64,000 nt of DNA from Eledone cirrhosa (Eukaryota). Shown one piece after another: positions 36,215 through 48,990 of this stretch (positions are counted from its first letter, which is position 1; each line of letters begins with the position of its first letter). The notes under the pieces are model-generated. The model worked only from the letters and a program-made list of their open reading frames with translations. It ran no database searches and was not told the origin of the DNA. The stretch covers positions 76,074,001-76,138,000 of the forward strand of contig OZ024745.1 in NCBI GenBank assembly GCA_964016885.1, read 5' to 3'. The position numbers and the translations under genes were made by a program.

Positions 36215-37045
36215 TACCAGTAATGTACTGGGTAATTGCTGGCCTTGTGCCAAAGGTAGAAACAATTATATAGCATATGGCTCGTGATAGTTTTGTTAGC
36301 CAGTTGCTATATGGGCGATTGGCAGTATCGGTAGAGGGTCGGACGCCATGCTTTGACGCATAGTTACGGCCCTTGCCATTCTGAGTTCAAATCCCGCCGG
36401 GGTTAACTTTGCCTTTCATCCTTACGGGGTCGATAAAATAAAGCACCAGTAATACACTGATATAATTGCTAGCCCTGTGCCAAAAGTAGAAACAATTATG
36501 GGCCACGAATTAACAATCAGAATATCAGATAGAAACCTTTATGGTATTTATTCCGGCTCTCTGAATTCAAATCCTGCCGTGGTCAACTTTGCCTTTCATC
36601 CTTTTGAAGTTAATAAAAAAAAAGTACCAGTCTAGTACTGGGGTCGATTCTTCCTCTATATCCCTTTCTCATTTCCTCTCTCACACTTTCTATCTTTCTC
36701 TGGAAGAAATCTACTGTACTCAGGCCTGGAAAGGGATGGGCTCCACCAGGCTTAAAATACCCAAGAAACGCTGTATGTCACTTGGCGCCCCTATGACTAT
36801 CAGGGGTTACAGAACATACATACATACATACATATATTATTATATCCTTCAAAGGGTGGTTGATTGGCAGTATCGGTAGAGCGTCTGACACCATGCTTTG
36901 ACGCATAGAGTTACGGCCCTTGTTATTCTGAGTTCAAATCCCGCCGAGGTTAACTTTGTCTTTCATACTTATGAGGTCGATAAAATAAAGTACCAGTAAT
37001 GTACTGGGTAACTGCTGGCCTTGTGCCAAAAGTAGAAACAATTAT
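36215..37045 (+). mobile_element. Cluster of four SINE copies/fragments
   Basis: SINE matches at ~36215-36270, 36313-36499, 36530-36650 and 36852-37045. Confidence 0.8.
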
Positions 37046-37135
37046 TATATCCTTCAAATTATCTATCGCTCAGTCTAATCAATGTGTGAGAGCTTAACAT
37101 TTAATATATATAAATATAGGTAGAGAGAAATATGT

Positions 37136-37868
37136 CAAACTAACAGGTAGGGAGAAATATGTACGCAGTAGATGTACAGGGAAATTAGACAGTAGAAGTT
37201 GCACTGATAGACACATTTTTCAAATGCAAGAGCGCGCTATAGAAGTGGTGGATAGCTTCCAGTACCTAGGAGATCAGATTAGCATGGGAGGAGGGTGTTC
37301 CGAGGCCATAGTATCTAGAATAAGGACGGGTTGGAAGAAGTTTAGGGAGCTGCTTCCTCTGTTGACGAAGAAGGGTTTCTCCCTGCGTACGAAAGGCCGG
37401 TTGTATGATACCTGTGAGAGGAGCGCGATGCTGCATGGTAGTGAGACATGGGCAGCAACTGCAGAGGATATGCGACGGCTGGAGAGAAATGAGGCAAGCA
37501 TGCTCCGTTGGATGTGCAGTGTAAATGTGCGTGAACGACCCAGCATAAATGTGTTGAGAGAGAAACTGTGTCTGAGAGGGATAGAATGTAGTGTATGGGA
37601 GAGGAGACTGAGGTGGTATGGACATGTGATGCGCATGGAGGATGACCGATGGGTGAAGAAGTGCTAGGAATTGCCAGTTGAAGGAAGACGTGGTAAAGGT
37701 AGACCACAAAAAACATGGGCGGAGGTGGTGAGAACAGACCTCACATCATTGAAGCTCACGGTGGAGATGACGAGGGACCGTGACGAGTGGAGAGATGCTG
37801 TGCTGAATAAGACCCGTCCCACCCTTGCAAGCAAGGAAAAACGGACGTAAAATGATGATGATGATGAT
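37136..37868 (+). mobile_element. 5'-truncated RTE subfamily B with (GAT)n tail
   Basis: ORF 37224-37667 (FQYLG..LHGSETW..WYGHV); tail GGACGTAAAATGATGATG. Confidence 0.9.
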
Positions 37869-37960
37869 ACATATATGTATATACATACAAAATTAGGGAA
37901 AGAAATATACTTTACATTTACTAAGGTTTGAAACAATGATGAAAGTTTGGTATACATACA

Positions 37961-38620
37961 TCTATATACACAAATGGCAATTTTTGTCTGTGTGTTTGTG
38001 GATTTGTTTGTGACCCTAAAACTCAAAAACTACCAAACCGATCTTGATGAAACTTGACCCGTGTGTGGGGCTCATGCCATTTGATTTCTTATGTATATTT
38101 CATTTTAATCAAAGGGTTCCTCGGGGGCACAAAACCCCCACTGAAAATGTTTTCCCTTTGATTTATATGAAATTTAAACCATAGGTAAATGACAAGATAT
38201 GATGCCTATTCACAAAATTTCAGTAAATTTCAATAATATTAAACACCCTAATGGGGGTTAAACCCCCCTATTAGGGTTCCCCGGAGGCACAAACCCCTGC
38301 TGAAAATGTTTTCCCTTTGATTTATGTGAAATTTAAACCATAGGCAAATCACAAGATATGATTCACAAAAGTTTTGAATTGAAATTTTGAAAAAAATTAT
38401 TTACAAGAAACAAAATAAGAATAAGATTTAATAATGTAATTTTGATTTGATATATTACAAAAAATGTTTTCCAATTTTTCATGCATTAGATTTTATGTTG
38501 AGTAATATTGAAATGCAGAGTTTTTCTCCATAAATTATATCACTGATTTAAAATCAATCATCATTTTCTTACAAAAAAAAAAATGTGTGAAACACAGCAA
38601 GGCACGGGTAATTCGGCTAG
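37961..38620 (+). mobile_element. Non-autonomous Helitron with an internal ~160-bp-period repeat
   Basis: A|TC start and CTAG|T end preceded by a GC-rich motif (GGCACGGG); no TSD; 38112-38215 repeated at 38272-38370. Confidence 0.78.
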
Positions 38621-39419
38621 TATATACTAAGCTAATCTCATGAAAAACAGAAGTATTTGCAAACAATATCGAACAGTTTCTGTAGTGTATGAAAGAAATC
38701 TGAAGAAATTGTTGAAGCGAATTTATTCCAAAATTCCACCTTAAGATTATTGAGAATTTATGGTGTCTATCTGAGAACCAAAACCTGGCAATGGGCCTGT
38801 AAACACTTTACTATTTCTGCTATTTTCTTAATATATTTTCTAAGCATTCAAATATATGTAAATGGTTTCGACGAATTAATATCAAATAGTTACAATACCA
38901 ACGATATTTCTATCTTAACCCATTGATTTTGTTTCACTTGCAATGGGTCATTGTCATAAGATACAACACAAAAACTAGACTTCTAAGATATTAACTATTT
39001 ACTAAATATTTATAACAATTCAAATGTAAGCAAAATATTTAGACAAGTCGGTGGCATCAATCGATATTTCTAATTCATATGTTTAAAAAAATATCGATGT
39101 GTATTTTCTCTTTTGTTTATTTGGTTTGGGAAATGGAGACAAATCCCAGGACAAAATTAACATATGTGTTCTTTCTCCATTGTTTGCTTTTGTTTTGTGC
39201 CAATCAGTCATTAGTGATGAATAAAACAAAGACTCTTACAAAACTATAGATACCAATTAAGACATTAAATATTTTCACTATTTTCTTAGTGTTTCTAACA
39301 AAGTGAAGGTATGTGGTTTAGTGATTAAGGTGTTGCACTCATAATCACATGGTTGTCTGTTCTGTTATGAGACTGAGTTGTGTTCTTGGGCATAATACGT
39401 CACTCCTTGTATCAGGAGT

Positions 39420-39600
39420 TAGAACCACTAGCATGGGTTAGGTGAGTTGTCCTGTTGTGGGCAATGCCAGGTCAAGTGACCATATCTTGCTCATACAGAA
39501 CTGATTTTGGCTTGGTTTCTACATGCCCTTCCTAATGCCAACCTCATTTACAGTGAGTACTGGGTGCTTTTTGTCTTGATGCCTACACGGCCACTTTATA
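39420..39600 (-). mobile_element. RTE-tail SINE-like element
   Basis: Matches 21870-22140. Confidence 0.6.
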
Positions 39601-39619
39601 ATGGATATGTACATGTGAA

Positions 39620-40021
39620 TAGAGGTGTATTGGTATCACCCAGAAGCAAGGCAACATGTGGAATAGTACTGTAGATAAGGCCATAAAAGCTGTATGTTGA
39701 TGATCTAGATCTGATAGCAGAAACTGCAAAAGAATTAGAGAAGTTCCAAGCATGGAAACAAAATCTAGAATCAAAAGGTTTCGAAATAAACCCAGTAAAA
39801 ATGAAAGTTTTAGTAAGTAGGAAATAGGACAGTACACAGATACCATCAGGTAAATGGCTGTGGTCAATATATCAAAAAGGAGTTGGTAAAGACCCCATAT
39901 AGTGTACCCAGCATAGACAGTGGACACATAGGAAATGTGATGGGATCATGGATAGGTTTTTCAGGGAAGGTAGACTTCACATGTGGCAGTTGCACAAAAG
40001 TCAGTTGTAAGGATATACAAG
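39620..40021 (+). mobile_element. Highly decayed RTE fragment (end of RT + PHD region)
   Basis: YVDDLDLIAETAKELE..WKQNLESKG..GKW..DFTCGSCTK. Confidence 0.65.
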
Positions 40022-40677
40022 TAATATTCTCAAAAGTTCAGAAGAAGTTATATCATTTTATTTCTTACAATTGTTTCAGCAAAATAAACTCGCTTTCTAA
40101 TCTATCATATAGTATGTTTGTTGAGTCATATTTACCCCTTCAGAGAAATTCAGAAAATGATTTTCATTATAGTAACAAGGTTGTTATGACAACAATTCTG
40201 GCATGCATAGCAAACATTTCTTGCATATCTTTACTACTGACTATTTTTGTGCACCTGTCACACATGAAGTCTACCTTCTCTGGAAAACCATTAAGAGGAA
40301 TATGCTGCAGTTAAAAAAAATACAGTGTATTTAATATACAAAAAGAGAAAAAGCTTGATACTTATAAACCTAATTTTACAGAACAAAAATTACTAATAAG
40401 ATTGAATATGAAAAACTTTATTATAGGTTACTGAAATATTAGAAAAATGTAATATAGATTATTGTTAAGATATTATTATCAGGTATTAAGGCAGCTAATC
40501 CATGGAAGATTTAACTTTATTATGTTAATCAATAGAATATAATCTAAGGTTATAATTTCATTTTGTGTAAAGGTATTTAATTAATACTGATACATATTAT
40601 TGGCTTTATCCCTAGTAAATAGATATTGAATAACATATTCTTACATTGTACTGATATACTTGATTGAATATCTAAGT

Positions 40678-40986
40678 CTTTTTTTCTTTTTTCTTTTTTT
40701 CTTTTTTCTTTTTTCTTTTTTTCTTTTTTCTTTTTTCTTTTTTCTTTTTTCTTTTCTTTTCTTTTTTTCTTCTTTTTCTTCTTTCTTTTCTTCTTTTCTT
40801 CTTCTTTTCTTCTTTTTTTCTTCTTTTCTTCTTTTTCTTCTTTTCTTCTTTTTCTTCTTTTTCTTTTTTTTCTTTTTTTCTTTTCTTTTTTCTTTTTTTA
40901 TTTTTATTTTTCTTTTCTTTTTTTTCTTTTTTCTTTTTTTTCTTTTTCCTTTTCTTTTTCTTTTTCCCCTTTTTTTCTTCTTCTTC
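40678..40986. repeat. ~310-bp polypyrimidine (T/C) tract
   Basis: Almost exclusively T and C; source of the poly-F and poly-K ORFs. Confidence 0.95.
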
Positions 40987-41227
40987 CAGCAGTTGCCTGC
41001 TTATATCAGAGCTAACCAAAGCATCTGGTGGCCATGTCCCTATCCGTCGCCTGCGACCTGTTCTTTAGCAGAACAGCTCTACTGAGAATGAATACCTAAG
41101 TGATAATTATAAAAAGAAATTATTCTGTTTATTGATAGGATAAATATTTGTTGACACTATTACTATGATAAAGGATAGTTATTTGTTTTCTGCCTACTAA
41201 CATTCTTTTACTAGTCATTGTTTAGAC

Positions 41228-41517
41228 TAGAGGTTCTTAAATCTTTTCAGCCACCGCCCCACCGCCCTAACGGCCACGTAATATCCTCAGTACCCGCCTA
41301 CATGCAAATTGGAAATAATATATAATAAATCAAACTGTTAATTTATACATAATAAATAATATAATATATACTATGTATAAATAGATATATATATATTTTT
41401 TTCTATAATATGTATCATTTGATATCTAATATACTATTATATCATCTCTATCGCCCACCACCCCCTTAGGCCCCAGCACACCATGGACCTTCTCAACGCC
41501 CACTTTGAGAACCTCTG
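41228..41517. mobile_element. hAT (Charlie-like) MITE
   Basis: TIRs TAGAGGTTCTTAAA / TTTGAGAACCTCTG; 8-bp TSD GTTTAGAC/ATTTAGAC. Confidence 0.8.
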
Positions 41518-41624
41518 ATTTAGACATTAATGTCAAGGGTTCAGTTGATCTTATCAATCACAAGTAGTTATTTCAATCTGGTACTTATTTTATTGATCCC
41601 TGTTTGTTGGACTATTATGTTATT

Positions 41625-41755
41625 ACGCTCTTTCTGATCTGAGTTCAAATCCTGCCGAGGTTAACTTTGCCTTTCATCCTTACGGGGTCGATAAAATAAA
41701 GTACCAGTAATGCACTGGGTAATTGCTGGCCTTGTGCCTAAAGTAGAAACTATTA
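41625..41755 (+). mobile_element. 5'-truncated SINE
   Basis: SINE core and tail. Confidence 0.8.
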
Positions 41756-42416
41756 TGTTATTAGGCTCAATGAAGCACAGTATAAAAGACACTAGTTTTT
41801 AGACTAGTATAAACATAAACACAGACATGCACTACAGACTTTTGCACAGTTACCATCTACCAAATTCCACTCATAATGTATTGGTCAACTCAAAGCTATA
41901 ATGGATGACACAAGCTCAAGGTACTGTGCAATATCTAGATTCGCATAGTAAAATTCTTCACCACATCTCAATGTTTACACTTATAGACATTATATATTTA
42001 CCAAATTTGTGAGAATTCTGGTCTGATGCTGATTCACAGCTAAATTAAAATAGTCATACAAGTCACTAGAGGTTTGAGCCTCACTGAAGGAATATTTATT
42101 TCGAATACACATTCTCATCTTGTCTACATATAGATTTCAAACTAAACAAACAGTATATTATTAGTACTCCATAAACAGAATTTGATGACTCTCCTTTCAG
42201 GCTGATGACTTTATCCACTGATGGGAATAATATTAAATGTCATTGATAAGATAAAATAAGTACATTGATGCATCAGTAATATGCTACTGAATACACCTAG
42301 CATGCATGGTGATGCTGATGAGGATAGTAATGGTGATGATTATCATGATGGTCACACATGCACATATCCACATGCAATTAGCATCTCTCTCTCTCTCTGT
42401 CTGCACACACATTCTC

Positions 42417-42714
42417 CAGGGTGGGCCAGAATTCATGACTCACTTGATTATTTATAGATCTATTAACACAAAATGTTATAAAAAAGTTAAGGAATATAAT
42501 ACCATATACATAAGATCATGAACAAGATACGGTAAGCACACAAATGTACACATTTAATTAGTGTGCTGCTTAGTTAAGTTGGTTTTCCATTTCATGGTCA
42601 ACCTGCTAAGCATATTAAGAAATAAAATAATAAATCAAAACAATACAATAACAATAAAATAAGCATGTTAAGAAATATAACTAACAAGTGAGTCATGAAT
42701 TCTGGCCCACTCTG
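42417..42714. mobile_element. Tc1/mariner-type MITE
   Basis: 30-bp TIRs CAGGGTGGGCCAGAATTCATGACTCACTTG / CAAGTGAGTCATGAATTCTGGCCCACTCTG-TA. Confidence 0.8.
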
Positions 42715-42829
42715 TATAATAATAATACTTTCCATTGGAAGCTTCTGGTGATGCATGCCTAATGTACAGGAGCACACTGTTCACCTGTCTCTATTGGTTC
42801 AACTAAAACATATATATATTTTCAATATG

Positions 42830-43700
42830 TGTGACTGTATTTCCTGGTAATGATATAATCCAAGATGTGTCCATGTTTCGATCTCGGGTGTATCCATGTT
42901 GCCTTGTGGATCTCTTTTTGCTGGAAAAAAAGTATTGCATATGACAAGCTCAAAATCAGTATTGCATATGACAAGCTCAAAAGCAGAAGACCATTGGCAT
43001 TTATTTTGCCCTTTCTGTGATGTCCTAAAACACTCCAGATGTGGTCGTCCTTTCCCACATGTGCATTAAAATCTCAAAGAAGCAAGATTTTGTATGAATG
43101 TGGAATCAATGTTATAGACTCCTGTAAATCTTGGTAAAAAGCCATGATTGATACTATGTAGGGTTAGGGCATAGACTGAAATGACAGGCATGAAACGTCC
43201 CCTTGAAAGAGGAACTCTTAGATGCATAATTTTATCACTAAAGCCTTGTGATTGCTCCAGTCCTTTTGTGATCTCTGTCTGGACAGTAAAATCTACTCCT
43301 ACATGCCTTTTCTCCCCATATGGTTTCCCTTTCCAGATGAATGTATAGCCAGCACTTCACTCTGATAGATGATCTTCCTCACTAAGACAGTTTTCAGAGA
43401 TTGCAGCTATATAAATATTATACTTGTTCAATTCTCTGCCAACAATAACTGTCCTGCATTCTGGATTTGAGGACGGTCCCCTGTCAAGAAGTGTTCTTAT
43501 ATTCCATATCACAACATTCGGTGCAATTCTATTCTTTTGAACATTTTTCTTGTTTCTCCTGCCAGTATGACCAGCTTGATGGTGGAACAGACAATTTTTG
43601 GGTGAGCAGTGTTCTCCCTTGAAAGGGCTGCTCAGCCACAAAAGATTCCGACCAAGCTAGTTCATATTCCAAAAACTGGCAATGACGTTAGATAAGCCTT
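42830..43700 (-). mobile_element. 5' fragment of a BovB-like RTE (APE domain), decayed
   Basis: WNIRTLLDR..PECRT..V.RELNKYNI.IAAISE; NANGLLLLSL..TWIHPRSKHGHILDYII. Confidence 0.8.
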
Positions 43701-44066
43701 AAGCAGCCTGTGTGCAGATTAGCAACAGCATATCTCCAACTCGTTAGGTCTGTACACATCTCTGCCTCCCCATTGCCACAAGACTTTGAAAAGATATCTG
43801 CATAAGGAGATAATAGCAGCATGTGCTTATGCTACACATGCTGCTCTCTATATATCAACAGCTAGAATCCAATGACAAGCAGATGCAAGATGATCGGTAG
43901 CTATATCAACCACAGGTATTTCAGTGTCCCCTCTCTCAAAAAAAAAAAAAAAAAAATAGCTGCAGTTGCCATAGGTTTTCCCAGATAAATAATAAATAGG
44001 TAAAATAAGATGGAATAAAAAAAATTACATATGCAGACACAAACAATCCCGCACACACCCACACAC

Positions 44067-44299
44067 TGTTGGATGACTCTTGACTCTCATAAGTTCCTCT
44101 GCCCTTTGTCAGGTCTTGTTTTTCATCATATAGTGTCCAATGACCCTTCTCACTAAGCAAGCTTGGTGGTGTTGCCGATTTAGTTGCCAACGACTCGAGC
44201 ATGTGACAGGTTGTACTGGGTTACATGTTACCAGTAGCACTTGGGGGCGACCTGACATAAATGATATACATACATATATACATAGATACATATATATAC

Positions 44300-44330
<31 letters not shown>

Positions 44331-44620
44331 CATACATGTATGAATGTATATATATATAATAATATGTATGTATATAATTTGTCAGGTCGCCCCCAAGTGC
44401 TACTGGTAACATGTAACCCAGTACAACCTGTCACATGCTTGAGTCGTTGGCAACTAAACCAGCAACACCACCTGTCCCATGGTCGGGTCGTTGGCGACTA
44501 AACTGGCAACCCTACCAAGGTTTCTTGGTGAGGAGGGTGACTTTGGACATCCTGCAGGACTAAAAACAAAACCTGTCAAAGGGCAAAGGAGCTCTTAAGA
44601 GTCAATGGCCATCCAAAACG
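44067..44620. repeat. Inverted pair of an interspersed repeat around a (TA/CA)n microsatellite
   Basis: 44165-44257 vs 44380-44472: 93-bp arms with 3 mismatches; outer arms more diverged. Confidence 0.85.
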
Positions 44621-44944
44621 AGTTGGCAGCCACCATATATGTATGTATGTGAATTTATGTATATGTGTGTGTGTGTATATATATATATTTATTTATATCA
44701 TCATTTTACGTCCGCTTTTCCCTGCTTGCAGGAAAATCAACAAAGAGGGGACAAAGCAAAACAAAAAACAATATTTTTCAGAGGGAAACCTTAAGAAATT
44801 ATTTTGAAAATAAAAACACCAACGAAAGACAGAACTCCATATATTATGTGTGTGTGTGTATGCGTGTCTGCTTGACTGGTCCCCACCTCACTTTGTTTCC
44901 TTACAACTGTTGTAAAAATGCATATTTCACAGATATATTAATTA

Positions 44945-46812
44945 TGATGTGTCAATGCAAATCAGGATGTTGTTGGAGATAAATGTGTCCGGAATGATGC
45001 CGGTGTACTTAGTGTCACGAATGATCAGAAAAAGGAGGCCTGGAAATGTCATTATGAGAGACTGATGAATGTGGAGAACGAATGGAAGAGAGAGAAATTA
45101 CCCTCAGTAGATCCGACAGAGGGACTAGCGATTGAGATTGATGAATATAGGGTCCAAGAGGCGATTAAGGAAATGAAAAATGGTAAGGCTGCTGGACCGT
45201 CGGGGATAGTTGCTGAGATGCTAAAGGCATCAGGGGACGTAGGCACTAAACTGGTTGCATTCATCATCAATCAGGGTATATATGGTGGTGTCATACCCAA
45301 AGACTAGTGTAGCAGTATTCTCATAAATTGCTACAAAGGTAAAGGGATGTTCTGAAGAGGAGCAATTATAGGGGTATAAAACTGATGGATCAGGTTATGA
45401 AAGTGGCAGAAAGGATATTAGCACAACTAATTAGAGAAAGGGTCAAACTAGATGAGATGCAGTTTGGTTTTGTGCCTGGGGAAAAGTACAACAGATGCCC
45501 TCTTCTTGGTGAGATAATTACAAGAGAGGTTCTGAGAGAAGAATAAGCCACTATACTTAGCCTTTGTTGACCTAGAGAAGGCCTTTGATAGGGTACCTTG
45601 ATCTGTCGTATGGTAGCTCCTAAGGAAACTAGGTGTTGAATGGTTTGTGAGAACAGTGCAAACTTTGTACAGAGGTGCTGTCAGTAAAGTGAGGGATGGA
45701 GTTTAGTGAGCAATTCCAGATACAAGTAGGAGTACATCAAGGTTCGGTCCTCAGCCCGCTCTTGTTCATTATAGTCCTCCAAGCCATAACAGAGGTTTAA
45801 GACTGGCTGTCCATAGGAACTTCTCTATGCCGATGATCTGGTTCTTATAGCAGACTCAGTAGAGGAGCTAGAAAACAAATTCTGGCTATGGAAACAACAG
45901 TTGGAAGCAAGAGGACTGAGTGAACCTAGCTAAGACAAAAATGTTGATGAGTAGAAGAGAGGACAAAACTCTGATTCCGTCAGGGAAATGGCCATGTTCG
46001 ATATGCAGAAAAGTAACTGGCATAAATTCCATAAAATGCACACAATGCAGATCCTGGGTACACAAGAGATGTAGTGGGATAGCAGACAAACTAACAGGTA
46101 GGGAGAAATACGTATGCAGTAGATGTACAGGGAAATTAGACAGAAGTCGCATTGATAGAAAACATTTTTCCAATACAGGCGGGTGCTATAGAAATGGTGG
46201 ATAGCTTCCGGTACCTAGGAGATCAGATTAGTATGGGGTGTGTTCCGAGGCCATAGTATCTAGAATAAGGACGGGTTGGAAGAAGTTTAGGGAGCTGCTT
46301 CCTCTGCTGACGAAGGGTTTCTCCCTGCGTACGAAAGGCCAGTTATATGATGCCTGTGTGAGGAGCGTGATGCTGCATGGTAGTGAGACTTGGGCAGCAA
46401 CTGCAGAGGATATGTGACGGCTGGAGAGAAATGAGGCAAGCATGCTCCGTTGGATGTGCAATGTCAATGTGCGTGAACAACCCAGCATGGATATGTTGAG
46501 AGAGAAACTGTGTCTGAGAGGGATAGAATGTAGTGTGTGAGAGAGAAGACTGCGGTGGTATGGACATGTGATGCACATGGAGGATGACCGATGGGTGAAG
46601 AAGTGCCAGGAAATGCCAGTTGAAGGAAGACGTGGTAGAGGTAGAACACAAAAAACATGGGCGGAGGTGGTGAGAACAGACCTCAGATCGCTGAAGCTCA
46701 CGGTGGAGATGACAAAGGACCGTGACAAGTGGCGAGATGCTGTGCTGAATAAGACCCGTCCCACCCTTGCAAGCAGGGAAAAGCGGACGTAAAATGATGA
46801 TGATGATGATGA
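44945..46812 (+). mobile_element. 5'-truncated RTE subfamily B, decayed, with (GAT)n tail
   Basis: Collinear with 20300-21870 and 37136-37868; PHD coding region at ~45995-46126. Confidence 0.9.
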
Positions 46813-47885
46813 TAAAATAAAAATAATATTGTCATTTATACTCATGTATGTTACCGGAATTATCTGTATGCATTTCTATCTTTCTGTCTTTCTCTCCACC
46901 TATCTATTTTTTTATTGTCTATTTACTTATCACCCTCTGTGTCTATTTATCTATTTACTTTTCTCTCTCTCACTCTCTTCTATCTATGTGTGTTTCTCTA
47001 TAGATATACCTATCTAACTAGACAAATATTCTATATGTAAGATAGCAAGTTCACACTAGTATGTAAATATGTATATAGTTGAAAAAGAGTCTTAACTGTT
47101 TTGCACGTTGGTCCTTTATCAGAAGTTAGAATGACAGAAAGAGAGAATGTTTGGGAGAAAGAAAAATAGAAAGAAAGATAGATGAAAGCAAAATAGAAAA
47201 TGGGGAAAAGGTTAAATAGGAGAGAAAGTACATGTTGTTAACCAGTCAGCTTGAAAAATGAAGAAAGTTTAGAATGAGGCCAAATATCCATACACACGTT
47301 TGATTTTTTTTGGGAAAGCTGGTATAATGTAAATTAAAAATACAAGACTGAAAACTAGAGCAAAGTAAAACCCACAGTTTACACTTTTTAATTTTATATT
47401 TCATGTTATTTTGAAATTACGCCTCCCTTTTTCAAAGGAAAAGAAATGGAGTGTGGTTTTGTCAACAAAATTGCATAGAAGTTGGATAGAAATATATATG
47501 CTATTACTTATTGTGCTACTCAGTGTGCCCTAATCAAATCTGGCAAAATTTGTGCATGATTATATTTTTAGATAAGACACTTAAATTTCAAACTTACCAT
47601 GAAGAAGAATACATTTTATTTTACAATTATAGTATTCTGGGAGTATTTTCCATTTTCACAAGTGAAATGACTGATTAAAGTTTATATATAAATTACTTTC
47701 GTTACTACACATATCTAAATAATATTGCTGAGTTGCCAAATGTTTAAAGAAAATTTTCATTATTTATTCTAAATAAGACCCTGCATGTATACTATTACCT
47801 ATGGTTATAAGCACAGAATGTTCTGTATATTTGCTTCAAGAAAAATTATACTTGTATGAAAAAAAAAAATGTATATATATATATA

Positions 47886-48652
47886 TATATATAAGATCAA
47901 AAGATGGTTAAAAGAGTTCCATGTATTTTATTATGCGCATTTCAAAAACAAATATCATCATGCAATAACATTTGTGTTTTCATCAGATAAAATAGGAAGA
48001 CATGATATGAAGGTTAAAAAAGACTTGTGAATAGTGCAGTTTTAAATCAACATATGAAAAGTAGTTTTAGATTGATGTGTGATATTGGGAACATTTTTTT
48101 GAGGGGGGGGGGGGGGGGGAGGTTGGAAAGGATGAAAAAGAGGAGGAGATGAGAGTAAAAAGTGGAGGGGCAGGAGTATAATGAGGAAGGATGAGATAGG
48201 AGGAGAGATGGATGATAGAGAGAGATAGCTTTTATAACTGAGAAATTCTTTTAATTTATACATTATCTTCCAACAGTTTTTCAACCTCTCTATGTAAAAC
48301 AATATATTTTTCTCAGTTATAAAAGCTATCTCTCTCTCTCTATCACCCATCTCTCCTCCTATCTCATCCTTCCTCATTATACTCCTCCCCCTCCACTTTT
48401 TACTCTCATCTCCTCCTCTTTTTCACCCCCCCCCCCTAAAAAAAATGTTCCCAATATCACACATCAATCTAAAACTACTTTTCATATGTTGATTTAAAAC
48501 TGCACTATTCACAAGTGTTTTTTAACCTTCATATCATGTCTTCCTATTTTATCTGATGAAAACACAAATGTTATTGCATGATGATATTTGTTTTTGAAAT
48601 GCGCATAATAAAATACATGGAACTCTTTTAACCATCTTTTGATCTTATATAT
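47886..48652. repeat. Large near-perfect inverted repeat (~350-bp arms, 63-bp spacer)
   Basis: 47886-48245 is the reverse complement of 48309-48652 except for a few substitutions and small indels at the G run and GA run. Confidence 0.92.
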
Positions 48653-48738
48653 TATGTATACTCCAGTCCTACAAACTGTAGAGTGCTTCTTATCCGATAT
48701 CTGCATTGCTTTATTGTACTACAATAAAACTCCCCTCC

Positions 48739-48770
<32 letters not shown>

Positions 48771-48945
48771 GCCAATTTTTACTTACATCTCTCCCCTTCC
48801 CCAAATGTGATTTGGGTTTAAATTTAATATTTCTAATACTTCCCTGAGTGGATTATTAGTTTTATCTTATTGGTTTTATATATCTAATTTATTGCTATAT
48901 CTTATCCTTTCATTGAAATGCCTACCTATAGTTGTATTTCAAGGT

Positions 48946-48990
<45 letters not shown>

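Noticed and set aside
40660-41085. Poly-Phe and poly-Lys/Glu ORFs
   Set aside because: Artefacts of the polypyrimidine tract
47088-47125. Further hammerhead-like motif (minus strand CTGATAA..CAAAA)
   Set aside because: Both core boxes are mutated and the stems are weak
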